Program-made: the position numbers and the translations under genes
Notes under the pieces: model-generated
Told to the model about the DNA's origin: nothing
Database searches by the model: none
What the model saw: only the letters and a program-made list of their open reading frames with translations
Virus record (IMG/VR): IMGVR_UViG_3300011116_001123
Span: 24,931 to 88,930 of that record
Direction: 5' to 3' (one strand)
DNA length: 64,000 nucleotides
DNA from: a virus
Lineage: Duplodnaviria; Caudoviricetes
Shown: piece after piece, positions 1 to 9,213 of the stretch
Numbering within the stretch: position 1 is the first letter of the stretch
Layout: every line of letters starts with the position of its first letter

Positions 1-18
1 TATTTTAAATTTGATTGA

Positions 19-570
19 TTATGGAGTCGGATAATCCACTTTCGGAACAGGTAGATTTCCTGCGCCGGTAGTACAGAAAGTTTGTTTCAATTCTTTGGTT
101 AAGGAAGGTGCGAAAACACTAACGTAAAAATTTGAAAGAATTATACCCAACTTGTCAGAACTACAATTGAAATATGCTTTAGATCCAAATCTATCGAGAT
201 CGAAAACCACATCATTATTTCCAGTAACGTCAGAGTATGCTTTTTGAATTTTGAAAGTTCCATATAAATTACCAATCTCATCAGGTTTGTTTTTTCCGCT
301 AATTACAGAATATGTGTTGAATTGTTTACCCACATATTTTTCCAAAAGATCTGGATTATTGAACGGATTTGTTGTCGTGTCTCCACTAGTAGTCCCACTA
401 GTTGGGTTTGGAAGAGTTGGATTTGACATTGGTGGAGTAGTCTTGGTTTTCACACCAGGATTTTCACCAGTTTGTACAACAGTGGTTTGAGTTTGTTCAC
501 TCATCAGTCGTTTCTCCAATCTTTGGTTGGCTTCTTGAATATGTCTGATTTTACTATAACTTCTATTCAT
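19..570 (-). CDS. Hypothetical protein with N-terminal leader (..LMSEQ) and Thr/Pro-rich linker
   Basis: 183-aa ORF; TATTTAT upstream on sense strand (586-592). Confidence 0.75.
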   Translation of the reverse strand: MNRSYSKIRHIQEANQRLEKRLMSEQTQTTVVQTGENPGVKTKTTPPMSNPTLPNPTSGTTSGDTTTNPFNNPDLLEKYVGKQFNTYSVISGKNKPDEIGNLYGTFKIQKAYSDVTGNNDVVFDLDRFGSKAYFNCSSDKLGIILSNFYVSVFAPSLTKELKQTFCTTGAGNLPVPKVDYPTP

Positions 571-604
571 AATTTTACATTTCCAATAAATATCATTGGG
601 GAAT

Positions 605-633
605 AAAAAACCCCACCTTTATGTGGTGGGGTT
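605..633 (-). terminator. Intrinsic terminator
   Basis: CCCCACC/GGTGGGG stem with T-run on minus strand, downstream of 655-1062. Confidence 0.75.
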
Positions 634-654
634 AATTTATTAAAGTTATTTATT

Positions 655-1062
655 TTATGCTTGAGGTTGTTGAGGTGCTTGAGCCTTTGCAATCGCATTT
701 GCCAAAGCATCAAGTGGTCCCAATACATTGGAAATTGCCGGTAAATATGGTTTGAACGAATTTGTATTTTGATATTGAGCAATAGCCTTTTTAATAGTAT
801 CAGGAAGATTACCAAGTTGTCTTCTGATTTTCAAAATATCATAAATTGCATTTATTTCATTTTGTTGAGCCTGATAAGTCTCTCTGTTCGTGGTTCTCAA
901 ATCTTTTCTTGCATCTCTTCTTGCGTCCTTTGCATCTCGAACCCCTGCTCTAGCAGCATCAAGTCCTTGTTGTGCCGCCAGTTGTTGACTAGTTTGTTCT
1001 TGTATTGCCCTTTTAACTAATTTTGCTAAATCAGCTTCGGTCATTCTTATAATTTTTCCCAT
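655..1062 (-). CDS. Leader-bearing helical protein (MGKIIRMTEADLAKLVKRAIQEQ)
   Basis: Class-1 leader; TATTTAT at 1080-1086. Confidence 0.8.
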   Translation of the reverse strand: MGKIIRMTEADLAKLVKRAIQEQTSQQLAAQQGLDAARAGVRDAKDARRDARKDLRTTNRETYQAQQNEINAIYDILKIRRQLGNLPDTIKKAIAQYQNTNSFKPYLPAISNVLGPLDALANAIAKAQAPQQPQA

Positions 1063-1161
1063 GTTGTGTTTAGTTTAATATAAATACTCATTACATAAAA
1101 AAAAATCCTCATTTTATGGGATACAGATAAAAAAAAGATTATTTTTGAAAAAAAAATCGAT

Positions 1162-1683
1162 ATGCTAAAATTCCCAATTTTTTTATTGATACCTTTCATT
1201 TTTGGGTTTCAAACACCAAATAATAATGATACACCCATCATTATTCACTTTGAACAGATTCTAAACGAATATCGGGATTCAAATGGGTTAAATCCAGTCA
1301 AAATTGACCACTCAATGAAAGAATTTACTGATTTACGTAGCAAAAGTTTAGTAAGCGATTATAGTCACAATGGGTTCAATAAAAACTTGCGATCATACAT
1401 TACAAATTTTACTGTGGGTGGTGAAAACATTGCAATGTTAATAAACGCTCCTAACGATAATAAGCCATATTGGTCTTCAGATATTGAAGAGGTTGGTAAA
1501 ATTCTCAACAAAATGTCCATGGGAACATCAACGAATTATGACGTGGCAATGTATTGTTTTTCGCTATGGAAGAATTCGAAATCTCATAATGAATTACTTC
1601 TTAACAATAAAGTAAAAAGGTTCTACCTTTCTTATGAAAAAAGTAAAACCTTTTATTATTTCTGTTTTATTGGATTAGATTAG
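1162..1683 (+). CDS. CAP/SCP-domain protein with hydrophobic N-terminus
   Basis: LNEYR..NGL, SH, GENIA and W.NS.SH..LL motifs of CAP domains. Confidence 0.75.
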   Translation: MLKFPIFLLIPFIFGFQTPNNNDTPIIIHFEQILNEYRDSNGLNPVKIDHSMKEFTDLRSKSLVSDYSHNGFNKNLRSYITNFTVGGENIAMLINAPNDNKPYWSSDIEEVGKILNKMSMGTSTNYDVAMYCFSLWKNSKSHNELLLNNKVKRFYLSYEKSKTFYYFCFIGLD

Positions 1684-2987
1684 TAGTAATGACAAGGAAG
1701 AACTCCTTTTCTAACGAACAATCCTTTCAAGGAAATATCTGGTAAGGTAATTTGTGGAAGTCTAATTTTAACTTTTAATCTTTTTCTACCCGTGGCACTG
1801 AATCTAACCATAAAATCAGTTTGAGAAATCGGTACAAGTTCTTCTGGAATTGGTTCGGTTGGTACGGGTTCAGATTGAGGTGGTGTTGTTCCTTTAACTG
1901 CAAAATCAAAAGTTAAATCTACTCTTTGATACTTCTTCAATTCATCTTTGTTTTGCCCATTGTATTCAGGTCCACTAGTTCCAGTACCATCAAGGGTCAG
2001 TGTTTGATTTCCACTCTTAACTGAGATTTGTTTTCCTGCATTAGTTCCTTGACTATCGATCTCAATACCCTCAGGATTAATTACTCCATTCCTTTGTTTA
2101 AGTCCCTCAACAATATAGTCATATACCACTTTTGCTCTTGCATCAGAAAGTTCTTTGAATGTTGGAATTTTTCCTGGAAAAGTTTTTTTACTCACACCAT
2201 TTGGAATTGTTGAACTCGATGACGTAATTTTCAATTTATTTACCCATACATCGGCAGGTTTTCTTCCTTCTTTCACAAGTTCTTCACTCATTTTTTTTAT
2301 TCCCTCATCAATACCACCAAAAATATTGTCATTAATATATTGAATGAATTCAGGAGTCATAACCGCCTCATTGAATTCGAATTGCATTGGTTGTTGAATT
2401 GTTGGTGGAGTGAACATTGTGTATCCTTGTTCCATTACTGGTTCACTCACTTTTCCTTCTTGAGGTGGTGTTATTTCCTCTTTGATTGTCACACTATCAT
2501 CAACAATAATATTTTTATCTTTGATAGTAGAACGTTTTGACCCCAATAATCCAGAATAATCATATCGTTGATCGAAAACTCCATCCCCATACTCTACTTT
2601 TGGTTTCCCGAGTATATTTTTTCCAGCGAATCGATCACGTGGCCCCGTGTATTTTGAAACCACAAATAAAAAAAACTTAGGGTTTTCAACTCTCATTTTT
2701 TCGAATACTCCGAGAGATGTTTCGTCCATAAGTCCTTTCATTTGGTCTAGTTCTTGCTTGAAGGCTTCACTATTAGCCGCCAACTCCCTTGAATAAGAAT
2801 CCAAATCTTTCCCACTTAAATATTTTTCGATATTTGGGTCACGAGATGACAATATTATATCAAGACTTTTCATTTGTTTGACGGAGATTTGTTCCGACAT
2901 CAAGTAAAGATTCTTTGTTGCTGATTCGTGAAGAGACAAAATTCTTTTTCTTTCTTCGTCCGATATTTGCCACGTTTGCTTTATCAT
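1680..2987 (-). CDS. Leader-bearing protein with OmpA-C-like peptidoglycan-binding domain
   Basis: Leader ISDEERKRILSLHE..LMSEQ; FEFNEA, LSDARAKVVYDYI and YQRVDL resemble OmpA-C motifs. Confidence 0.6.
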   Translation of the reverse strand: MIKQTWQISDEERKRILSLHESATKNLYLMSEQISVKQMKSLDIILSSRDPNIEKYLSGKDLDSYSRELAANSEAFKQELDQMKGLMDETSLGVFEKMRVENPKFFLFVVSKYTGPRDRFAGKNILGKPKVEYGDGVFDQRYDYSGLLGSKRSTIKDKNIIVDDSVTIKEEITPPQEGKVSEPVMEQGYTMFTPPTIQQPMQFEFNEAVMTPEFIQYINDNIFGGIDEGIKKMSEELVKEGRKPADVWVNKLKITSSSSTIPNGVSKKTFPGKIPTFKELSDARAKVVYDYIVEGLKQRNGVINPEGIEIDSQGTNAGKQISVKSGNQTLTLDGTGTSGPEYNGQNKDELKKYQRVDLTFDFAVKGTTPPQSEPVPTEPIPEELVPISQTDFMVRFSATGRKRLKVKIRLPQITLPDISLKGLFVRKGVLPCHYY

Positions 2988-2997
2988 ATTATATAAA

Positions 2998-4017
2998 TTA
3001 ATTTAAAAATACTTGAGATTCGAAGTTTCTACGTTTCGATAAACCAGGATAATATTGACCTGTCTGTGCTCCGGTGGTTGGACCTTGTGCGATGTAAGCT
3101 GCTGCAGCTTCCATATCTCCATCTACGATTGCATTTTTTATATTTTTCCCGTAATCCCTAGCAGTGAAAACATACGGACCAGCATTATAACTGAAACTTA
3201 ATAACGCGGCTTTTTGAGAGTCATTTAATTTTTCCCAGTTCAAGGGTCCAAGTTGGCTGGCAACGATTGGAGCGAAAGTATTTTTTAATTGATAGTCCAA
3301 AGTTTCTTCAGCTTCCTCAAGCGTCCAAGTGGTTTTGGGTGTCACATCGACCAACTTACCACCGACTAATTTTTTGGATGTTCCATACCCACCTCTATAT
3401 GTACCTTCATCATCTGAAGCTGTGTCACTGAACGTTTCAAATTTTCTGATGAGTTGCTTTGTCATTTCCAACCAATCACCCGATAAAGAAATATTGATAT
3501 TTCCGACTAACGGGTCTATTAATTTTTCTAAATCTTCAGAGTCGATATTTTTTTCTTTAAGAAGTTCAATCATCTTAAGTAACATTTCTTCTGAGGCTTT
3601 TGTCGGACCTACTTCTGATGATTCCTCAGATGAAGTTGAACTATCATCTTTTTCGACATGGTCATTAGTAAATTCTTCAACAGCTTCGGCAGTTTCAGGT
3701 CCAAACAACCCATCGACACCATGAATTGGTAAATCATATCCAAGAATAATCAAACCAACCTGCATTGATTCAACTTCTTTTTTGAAATTGTAACTACCTC
3801 GTTCTTGTTGAGATATTCCACCATCCTGAGCGGCAGTTTCCAATGTATCGAAAAATTCATCCACATCGACTCCAATTAAATCAGCTTTGGTTGGATCATC
3901 ATCTTTTTTGTAGCCAACGTCTTTCAAAAATCGGTCAATAAATTCTTGTTCAACAATTTGACTACCATACATCATGGAATGCATTCTGTGCAATTCCTCA
4001 GTCAATGATTTTTTCAT
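2998..4017 (-). CDS. Leader + peptidoglycan-binding domain + GH24 (phage) lysozyme
   Basis: MQVGL..LGY..GVDGLFGPET (PG-binding); FE..D.G..GYG, QKAALLSFSYNAG and GLSKRRNFE (GH24); TATTTAT 4022-4028. Confidence 0.8.
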   Translation of the reverse strand: MKKSLTEELHRMHSMMYGSQIVEQEFIDRFLKDVGYKKDDDPTKADLIGVDVDEFFDTLETAAQDGGISQQERGSYNFKKEVESMQVGLIILGYDLPIHGVDGLFGPETAEAVEEFTNDHVEKDDSSTSSEESSEVGPTKASEEMLLKMIELLKEKNIDSEDLEKLIDPLVGNINISLSGDWLEMTKQLIRKFETFSDTASDDEGTYRGGYGTSKKLVGGKLVDVTPKTTWTLEEAEETLDYQLKNTFAPIVASQLGPLNWEKLNDSQKAALLSFSYNAGPYVFTARDYGKNIKNAIVDGDMEAAAAYIAQGPTTGAQTGQYYPGLSKRRNFESQVFLN

Positions 4018-4058
4018 ATCAATAAATATACAAACTTGGAAAAAGGGTTGGTATTATC

Positions 4059-4310
4059 TTACTGAAGAAATCTTCTCCTACCCATTCTACCACGACCAAT
4101 CAATCTCATTCGTTCCCAATCATTCCGATCAAAAACAACTACCACGTGTTTTCTTCGGACAATGACCTTGGTTGCTTGTGGAAACAAGTCATATTTTTTA
4201 TTTACAACCTTTTCTGAGTCCAACAGATAATTTACATAATCCTTTTCCATAGTTTGAGCATTGACACCCAAACCCAATAGCATCATTACAATAAAAATAA
4301 TTTTTTTCAT
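4059..4310 (-). CDS. Small secreted protein (start moved to MKKIIFIV)
   Basis: Signal peptide MKKIIFIVMMLLGLGVNA-Q; TATTTTTG upstream. Confidence 0.65.
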   Translation of the reverse strand: MKKIIFIVMMLLGLGVNAQTMEKDYVNYLLDSEKVVNKKYDLFPQATKVIVRRKHVVVVFDRNDWERMRLIGRGRMGRRRFLQ

Positions 4311-4324
4311 ATCAAAAATATAAT

Positions 4325-4355
4325 AAAAAAACCCCACCTATTGAAGGGTGGGGTT
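4325..4355 (-). terminator. Intrinsic terminator
   Basis: CCCCACC/GGTGGGG stem plus T-run. Confidence 0.75.
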
Positions 4356-4390
4356 GTAAATTATTCAATTTTTGTTCACTACCTGTTTTC

Positions 4391-4921
4391 TTATTGAAAA
4401 CCACCTTTCTCGTCGTAGTAGCTTAGAATTTGACTAAGTACTGAGATTACTTGAGGTAAATTTTCTCTGTCGTATTGTGTGTATAGTGTTGTATAAGGAG
4501 TTCCGTTTACATCTCTATCATTCTTTCTTTTTGAATTTTTTCCTCTCATAGGAATTGATGCCAGCAATTGTTCGAATTTAATATCTGCAAAAACAGAGAA
4601 ATAGCCACCCTTAAAAACTGTCAAGTATAAACCATCTGCTCCTGGCGTGAACCACGATTCAATTTCATCATTACTACCCGATTCTTCGGCTGGATGTACT
4701 TTGCTTAATTCCGAAACTAATTTTCGATAATTCTTTTCGGTCTCTATTGACGGTGGATTTGAAGGAATGGAAGGCATTTTACGTCTGAAGTCGTCAAGTC
4801 TTCGTAGAGCCATTTTTTTAATTTCTTCTTTGCTTCCTGGAATGATAGCTCCTTGTTCTTTAATTACTCTTCTAACCAATCTAGTCAAATCTGCCTCGGT
4901 TAATCTAATAATTTTTTTCAT
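4391..4921 (-). CDS. Leader-bearing hypothetical protein (MKKIIRLTEADLTRLVRRVIKEQ)
   Basis: Class-1 leader; TATTTAT 4939-4945. Confidence 0.8.
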   Translation of the reverse strand: MKKIIRLTEADLTRLVRRVIKEQGAIIPGSKEEIKKMALRRLDDFRRKMPSIPSNPPSIETEKNYRKLVSELSKVHPAEESGSNDEIESWFTPGADGLYLTVFKGGYFSVFADIKFEQLLASIPMRGKNSKRKNDRDVNGTPYTTLYTQYDRENLPQVISVLSQILSYYDEKGGFQ

Positions 4922-4993
4922 GTAAAAAACGTTTAATAATAAATATTACACACTTAATAAAAAATAAAGCCCACTTTTACAGTAGGGCTTGGT

Positions 4994-6223
4994 TTACTTA
5001 TACAGTACAAAATTATTTTTTTTATCTTTCAAATCAATGACTTGAAACTCGGTGGGGGTTATGGGATAGACAAGATAATCGACAGCATCCTTATATTTTT
5101 TCGATTCAAACCTTTTTGCATCTGATTCGGAGGATTTGACTTGAATTGTTACGGCATCCTTACCTCTTCCCATAATCAAGTCCACAAAAAAATTCATATC
5201 AATAAAGTTTCCGTTGCCTCCACGATATAAAACATTGTATCCAAGTTTTTCAAAAGCATTGGCGACATCAGATTCCATTTGGTCTCCCAACTTGGAAAAT
5301 TTAGTGGTATACTTGGTAAAGTTCATTAAATCCTTTTTATCTTCCAAATATTTTTCGAACAAGTCCTTGAAGTTGTCTTTATATTTTAGTAGGATATTTT
5401 TGATTACTTCGGAATCCGAAGCTGTAGATATTGTGTCGAGAATGCTTTTAGCTGCAGTACTTCCATTACTTTTAGCCTTCTCCAAATAAGTTGACAATAA
5501 ATCAGATATGTCAGAATAGTTGGTGTTCAACTTATTAACATAATGCCATTTACCATTCGGATTTAAATTACCTTCATCATCAACGTACACCAATTTTTTT
5601 CTATTTAAGTTTCTTACAAAATAGTCATATTGTTTGTCGTTAATTTTACCATATGAATTTAATATTTTGGCACCTTTGAGATTGTCTTTAATATCATCTT
5701 GTTGAATATCAAATTTGATATCCGATAAAATATCATCAACCACTTTACGAAGGTTCAACCCTTCATTAGATTCCAACCAAGCCCCCAAAGAATTTAATTT
5801 GTTATATACATTACCACCCAACACCTTGGAGATATTCCCACTCAGTTTTTCTTCTTCCTGACGGGAAATGATTTTATCTACAACCTCTCTATTCCTGTTT
5901 TGATATCCAATACATCCAGTTGGGACTTGTAAACCACCAAATTTGGTTATGGTCATGCTTTTGCAGGCATATGAGCTCATATCCAACTCAATAACATCCT
6001 CACCCAATTTGATTTCCAAATATCCCTTATTCCCATACAATTGTGATAAATCATTGGAAGTCAATTTACCTTCTCCTCCATCAATGACAACAGGATTGTT
6101 CACATAGTAATAATTACCCTTTGAACCCAACGAACTACCTTTGATGGTCGCAATATTCACACCAGTCTGAATGACCTCAAGCAAATGATTTAACTGACCT
6201 TCTGAAATGATGAAGTTTCTCAT
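4994..6223 (-). CDS. Leader-bearing protein with C-terminal PD-(D/E)XK nuclease-like domain
   Basis: Start moved to MRNFIISEGQL (TATTTAT 6230-6236); G..ME..VA..F, VDL and TIQVKS motifs. Confidence 0.65.
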   Translation of the reverse strand: MRNFIISEGQLNHLLEVIQTGVNIATIKGSSLGSKGNYYYVNNPVVIDGGEGKLTSNDLSQLYGNKGYLEIKLGEDVIELDMSSYACKSMTITKFGGLQVPTGCIGYQNRNREVVDKIISRQEEEKLSGNISKVLGGNVYNKLNSLGAWLESNEGLNLRKVVDDILSDIKFDIQQDDIKDNLKGAKILNSYGKINDKQYDYFVRNLNRKKLVYVDDEGNLNPNGKWHYVNKLNTNYSDISDLLSTYLEKAKSNGSTAAKSILDTISTASDSEVIKNILLKYKDNFKDLFEKYLEDKKDLMNFTKYTTKFSKLGDQMESDVANAFEKLGYNVLYRGGNGNFIDMNFFVDLIMGRGKDAVTIQVKSSESDAKRFESKKYKDAVDYLVYPITPTEFQVIDLKDKKNNFVLYK

Positions 6224-6279
6224 ATAACAATAAATACTAAGAATTAAAAAACCCACCTTTATGGGATGGGGGAAACTAA

Positions 6280-6975
6280 TCACAATAAGTCAATAATCGG
6301 TTTTGACCACTCTTTCACTAATCGTTTGGAATTTATTTGTAAATTTTTAAAATTTTCTACAGTAAACGGACGACCTGATACTTTGGTCATAAATTCACCT
6401 TCTTTTCCTGGGTGGAACTTCCCCATGTTCTCTTTTACACCCAAACCAGGATAAGAAGAATTGTTTGTTCCGAATAAATAATTGTCTCCGAAATCGAAAA
6501 TGAACACGCTGTCCTGACAAAAGATTTCACCCAACTTGATAATATTTTTAATGAATTTGGGGTCATTATTGGAATTGACAACGAAATATGAATCCTCCTT
6601 TACCTCAATCGCATTTTCTTGCATATAGTTTTCGATATATGTACCCTTAACTTTGGTAACATCATACCCTACAACCAGTAATGAGGATAGTAGTTTTTTG
6701 TTCCGGCCCTTGTTATCGTATATGTTGATTCTTTTATCATCATCTTCGTCATATAAACAATTGGTTAAAGTTTTTCTGAACGCACTAATTACCGCACATT
6801 GATTGTTTTCAATGTATTTGTTTATTCTACTTAATGAAGATTCCACAATTTTATTAGACGAAACATTCGTCTCAATTATTTCTTGAAATAATTCAGGGTT
6901 TATTCGTCGTCTTAATGATACATAATCAGGATCATTCAAAATTTTTCTGTACTTGTCAATTAACTCTCTCATCAC
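6280..6975 (-). CDS. S-adenosylmethionine lyase-like protein (T3 SAMase family) with N-terminal extension
   Basis: ISAFR, N..RN, GTYIE, EDSY and FCQDSV in the same order as the T3 SAMase motifs as I recall them; TATTTAT 6979-6985. Confidence 0.65.
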   Translation of the reverse strand: MMRELIDKYRKILNDPDYVSLRRRINPELFQEIIETNVSSNKIVESSLSRINKYIENNQCAVISAFRKTLTNCLYDEDDDKRINIYDNKGRNKKLLSSLLVVGYDVTKVKGTYIENYMQENAIEVKEDSYFVVNSNNDPKFIKNIIKLGEIFCQDSVFIFDFGDNYLFGTNNSSYPGLGVKENMGKFHPGKEGEFMTKVSGRPFTVENFKNLQINSKRLVKEWSKPIIDLL

Positions 6976-7079
6976 TTGATAAATATAAGTTATTTTTTCT
7001 ATGATGTAAAAATATGAAAAAAAAAGAAAAACAAAAAATTTATCTTATGGTAATGTGTGAAAAAAGGGTTCGTATAAAC

Positions 7080-8261
7080 TTAAACTTCTAACCAACTGAT
7101 TGGTGGTTTGGAAACCTTTTTACACAGTCCTTTTTCCAATAAAAAATCATTTGTAGGCTGAATTTCAGTTTCGAAAGGCTTCAATGATTTCAAATTTGTT
7201 GAAACTCCATCCAATGTCACTTCTATCGTGATTTCATCACTCAAATATTTTTTATACAAGTAATTGCTCAGTTCGAGTGGACCTTTGGGTAATTCTTTCA
7301 TTTTTCTACTCAAAACCGTATTCCCTCTAATTTCTCCATTCTCTATCGCGTATTGACTCAGGGCATTCCTTACAATACCCTCGAGGAAAATATCGAATTC
7401 ATACAAATAACTTGCACCCCTTTTTGGTGCATAAAATCTCAAACTTCTACTCCCATGTTCAGTCACTATTTTGGTGGGGATTTTTCTATCAAAAACTCCA
7501 TCTTTGATATTGATTTCGACATACATACTGTAAGATTTTGCAAATTGATAAACCTTGAAAGAGTTGGAATTGAACTCTTTTGAAAATTTATATTCCACGG
7601 GGTTCTGAATAATCTTAGGTAATTGGTAAGGAGAGGAGGAACACCAATAATACCCTTCTTCACTTTGATTGGTAATATAATTATAAAGTCCAGCAGACCC
7701 ATATGTGCCGACACCGAGCCTTTCAGATGCTTCCTTCAATACGTCCAAAAAATTGGCACCCCCACAAGCGGTGAAAAATACTTTTGTTCCAGAATGAATT
7801 AAAGGTTTGAAACTATCCAAAAAAGTATTATCGAACATGTATGCACCTTTTTCCTTTTGGGTCATTAATAAGTTACCTCCCTTACCATGAGACCCAATAA
7901 CAAACTCATCAGTTTTAACACCCTTTTTTACAAGACCTTCAACAAAACTAACTGCCGAAGATAAACTTGTGAAAAATCCTGTAACGATTCCCAATTTTTT
8001 CAACAAGGAAAGAGCCATTTCTTCCCAACCATACAAAGGAAAAATTAATCGAACTTTTTTTATCGAAGCCGCAGGTTTATTTTTCAAAGCATCGAAATAC
8101 TTTTCTTTTTCCAAACCCTGAAATCGATTTTTTTCAAATGCACCGTCTTTACCCAAATAGTCAGATGTAGGTTTATCTGATGGGGCAACATTCGGATTGA
8201 ATAATCGTCTTGTTTGTTCTTTTAAAAAATTAAATTGATTTTTGGTTATACGTATTTCCAT
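7080..8261 (-). CDS. Leader-bearing protein with caspase/CPD-like (DUF4347-like) His-Cys domain
   Basis: FVIGSHG..G and VFFTAC motifs; TATTTAT 8267-8273. Confidence 0.55.
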   Translation of the reverse strand: MEIRITKNQFNFLKEQTRRLFNPNVAPSDKPTSDYLGKDGAFEKNRFQGLEKEKYFDALKNKPAASIKKVRLIFPLYGWEEMALSLLKKLGIVTGFFTSLSSAVSFVEGLVKKGVKTDEFVIGSHGKGGNLLMTQKEKGAYMFDNTFLDSFKPLIHSGTKVFFTACGGANFLDVLKEASERLGVGTYGSAGLYNYITNQSEEGYYWCSSSPYQLPKIIQNPVEYKFSKEFNSNSFKVYQFAKSYSMYVEINIKDGVFDRKIPTKIVTEHGSRSLRFYAPKRGASYLYEFDIFLEGIVRNALSQYAIENGEIRGNTVLSRKMKELPKGPLELSNYLYKKYLSDEITIEVTLDGVSTNLKSLKPFETEIQPTNDFLLEKGLCKKVSKPPISWLEV

Positions 8262-8290
8262 TATATATAAATACCAAACATCCCAAAAAA

Positions 8291-8332
8291 GGGGATGGGG
8301 ATTAGAACGGATGGTGCGGTATACGAATATCC
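8291..8332. repeat. Intergenic repeat copy 1 (internally deleted)
   Basis: GGGGATGGGGATTAGAACG-GATGGTGCGGTATACGAATATCC. Confidence 0.85.
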
Positions 8333-8333
8333 A

Positions 8334-8495
8334 TCATGACATCTTGTTCTTTAATATCTTCATTTCCCTTTCCAAACCTTCAATCTTATATCGAATCATC
8401 CGTTGCAAATCCTCCTCACCATACCTGATGGCAGATGCCAACATCTTATTCAAATTTTCAATTCTATCCTCCAAATCATTAAGTTGCTTTTTCAT
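8334..8495 (-). CDS. Small coiled-coil protein, 53 aa (not in ORF track)
   Basis: MKKQLNDLEDRIENLNKML...KNKMS*; TATATTTG host-type -7 element at 8500-8507. Confidence 0.65.
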   Translation of the reverse strand: MKKQLNDLEDRIENLNKMLASAIRYGEEDLQRMIRYKIEGLEREMKILKNKMS

Positions 8496-8539
8496 AAGAC
8501 AAATATAAAAAAACCCCCACCATAAGTGAGGGTTTCAAA

Positions 8540-9127
8540 TTAAATTATTTCCCAATCGATTTCACCATACTGGTCATAATCATCATTCTCATCGTGAGTG
8601 GAACCGTCAATATCTTCCTCAACCTTTCTATAAGCCTCACATGCACTTCTTGCCATAACCGTATGAGTCCATGTCTGAACGCAAGAACGAGACGCCTGAA
8701 TGGTATATTCCGTTTCCTCATTCTCTTCCCATCCTTCTTCATCCTCGCAGTCATCGTCAACAACATTCTTAGTTTTTTCGGGAACCCTTCCAAACTTATC
8801 GATTGATTCCATCAAAGAATTTCTAAATGCAATCAAATCCTTCAGAGAATAAATCTTAAATGAATAACTTGAGCAAGGGGATCCATTCACACCAATCTCA
8901 ACAAATTCCTTTGTTCCATCAAAACCATCCCAATGATAAATGGATAGACCTGAGGCATTATCAAATTCCAAAGTGGAATTATCAACATACATATAATCCA
9001 AATGCCAATCATCAGGATTGGAATCCTTCATATCTTTATACTCCTTCTCCAAATCACGAAGTTGGGTCAACGCTTTGGAATACTTCTTCTCAAAAGATTT
9101 CTTCCACTTATCACTATATTCTGCCAT
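8540..9127 (-). CDS. Acidic hypothetical protein
   Basis: 195-aa ORF followed by terminator hairpin 8507-8537. Confidence 0.7.
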   Translation of the reverse strand: MAEYSDKWKKSFEKKYSKALTQLRDLEKEYKDMKDSNPDDWHLDYMYVDNSTLEFDNASGLSIYHWDGFDGTKEFVEIGVNGSPCSSYSFKIYSLKDLIAFRNSLMESIDKFGRVPEKTKNVVDDDCEDEEGWEENEETEYTIQASRSCVQTWTHTVMARSACEAYRKVEEDIDGSTHDENDDYDQYGEIDWEII

Positions 9128-9171
9128 AACAAATTTTTTATAATGATAAGAAAAATTTTTTAATAAAAAAA

Positions 9172-9206
9172 GGGGTTGGGGATTAGAACGACCGAAGGGA
9201 GAACGG
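9172..9206. repeat. Intergenic repeat copy 2
   Basis: GGGGTTGGGGATTAGAACGACCGAAGGGAGAACGG, identical to the start of copy 3. Confidence 0.9.
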
Positions 9207-9213
9207 AAATATG

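Noticed and set aside
586-592. T4 late promoter TATAAATA
   Set aside because: The ATAAATA reading is on the antisense strand; plus-strand genes show the sense motif is TATTTAT.
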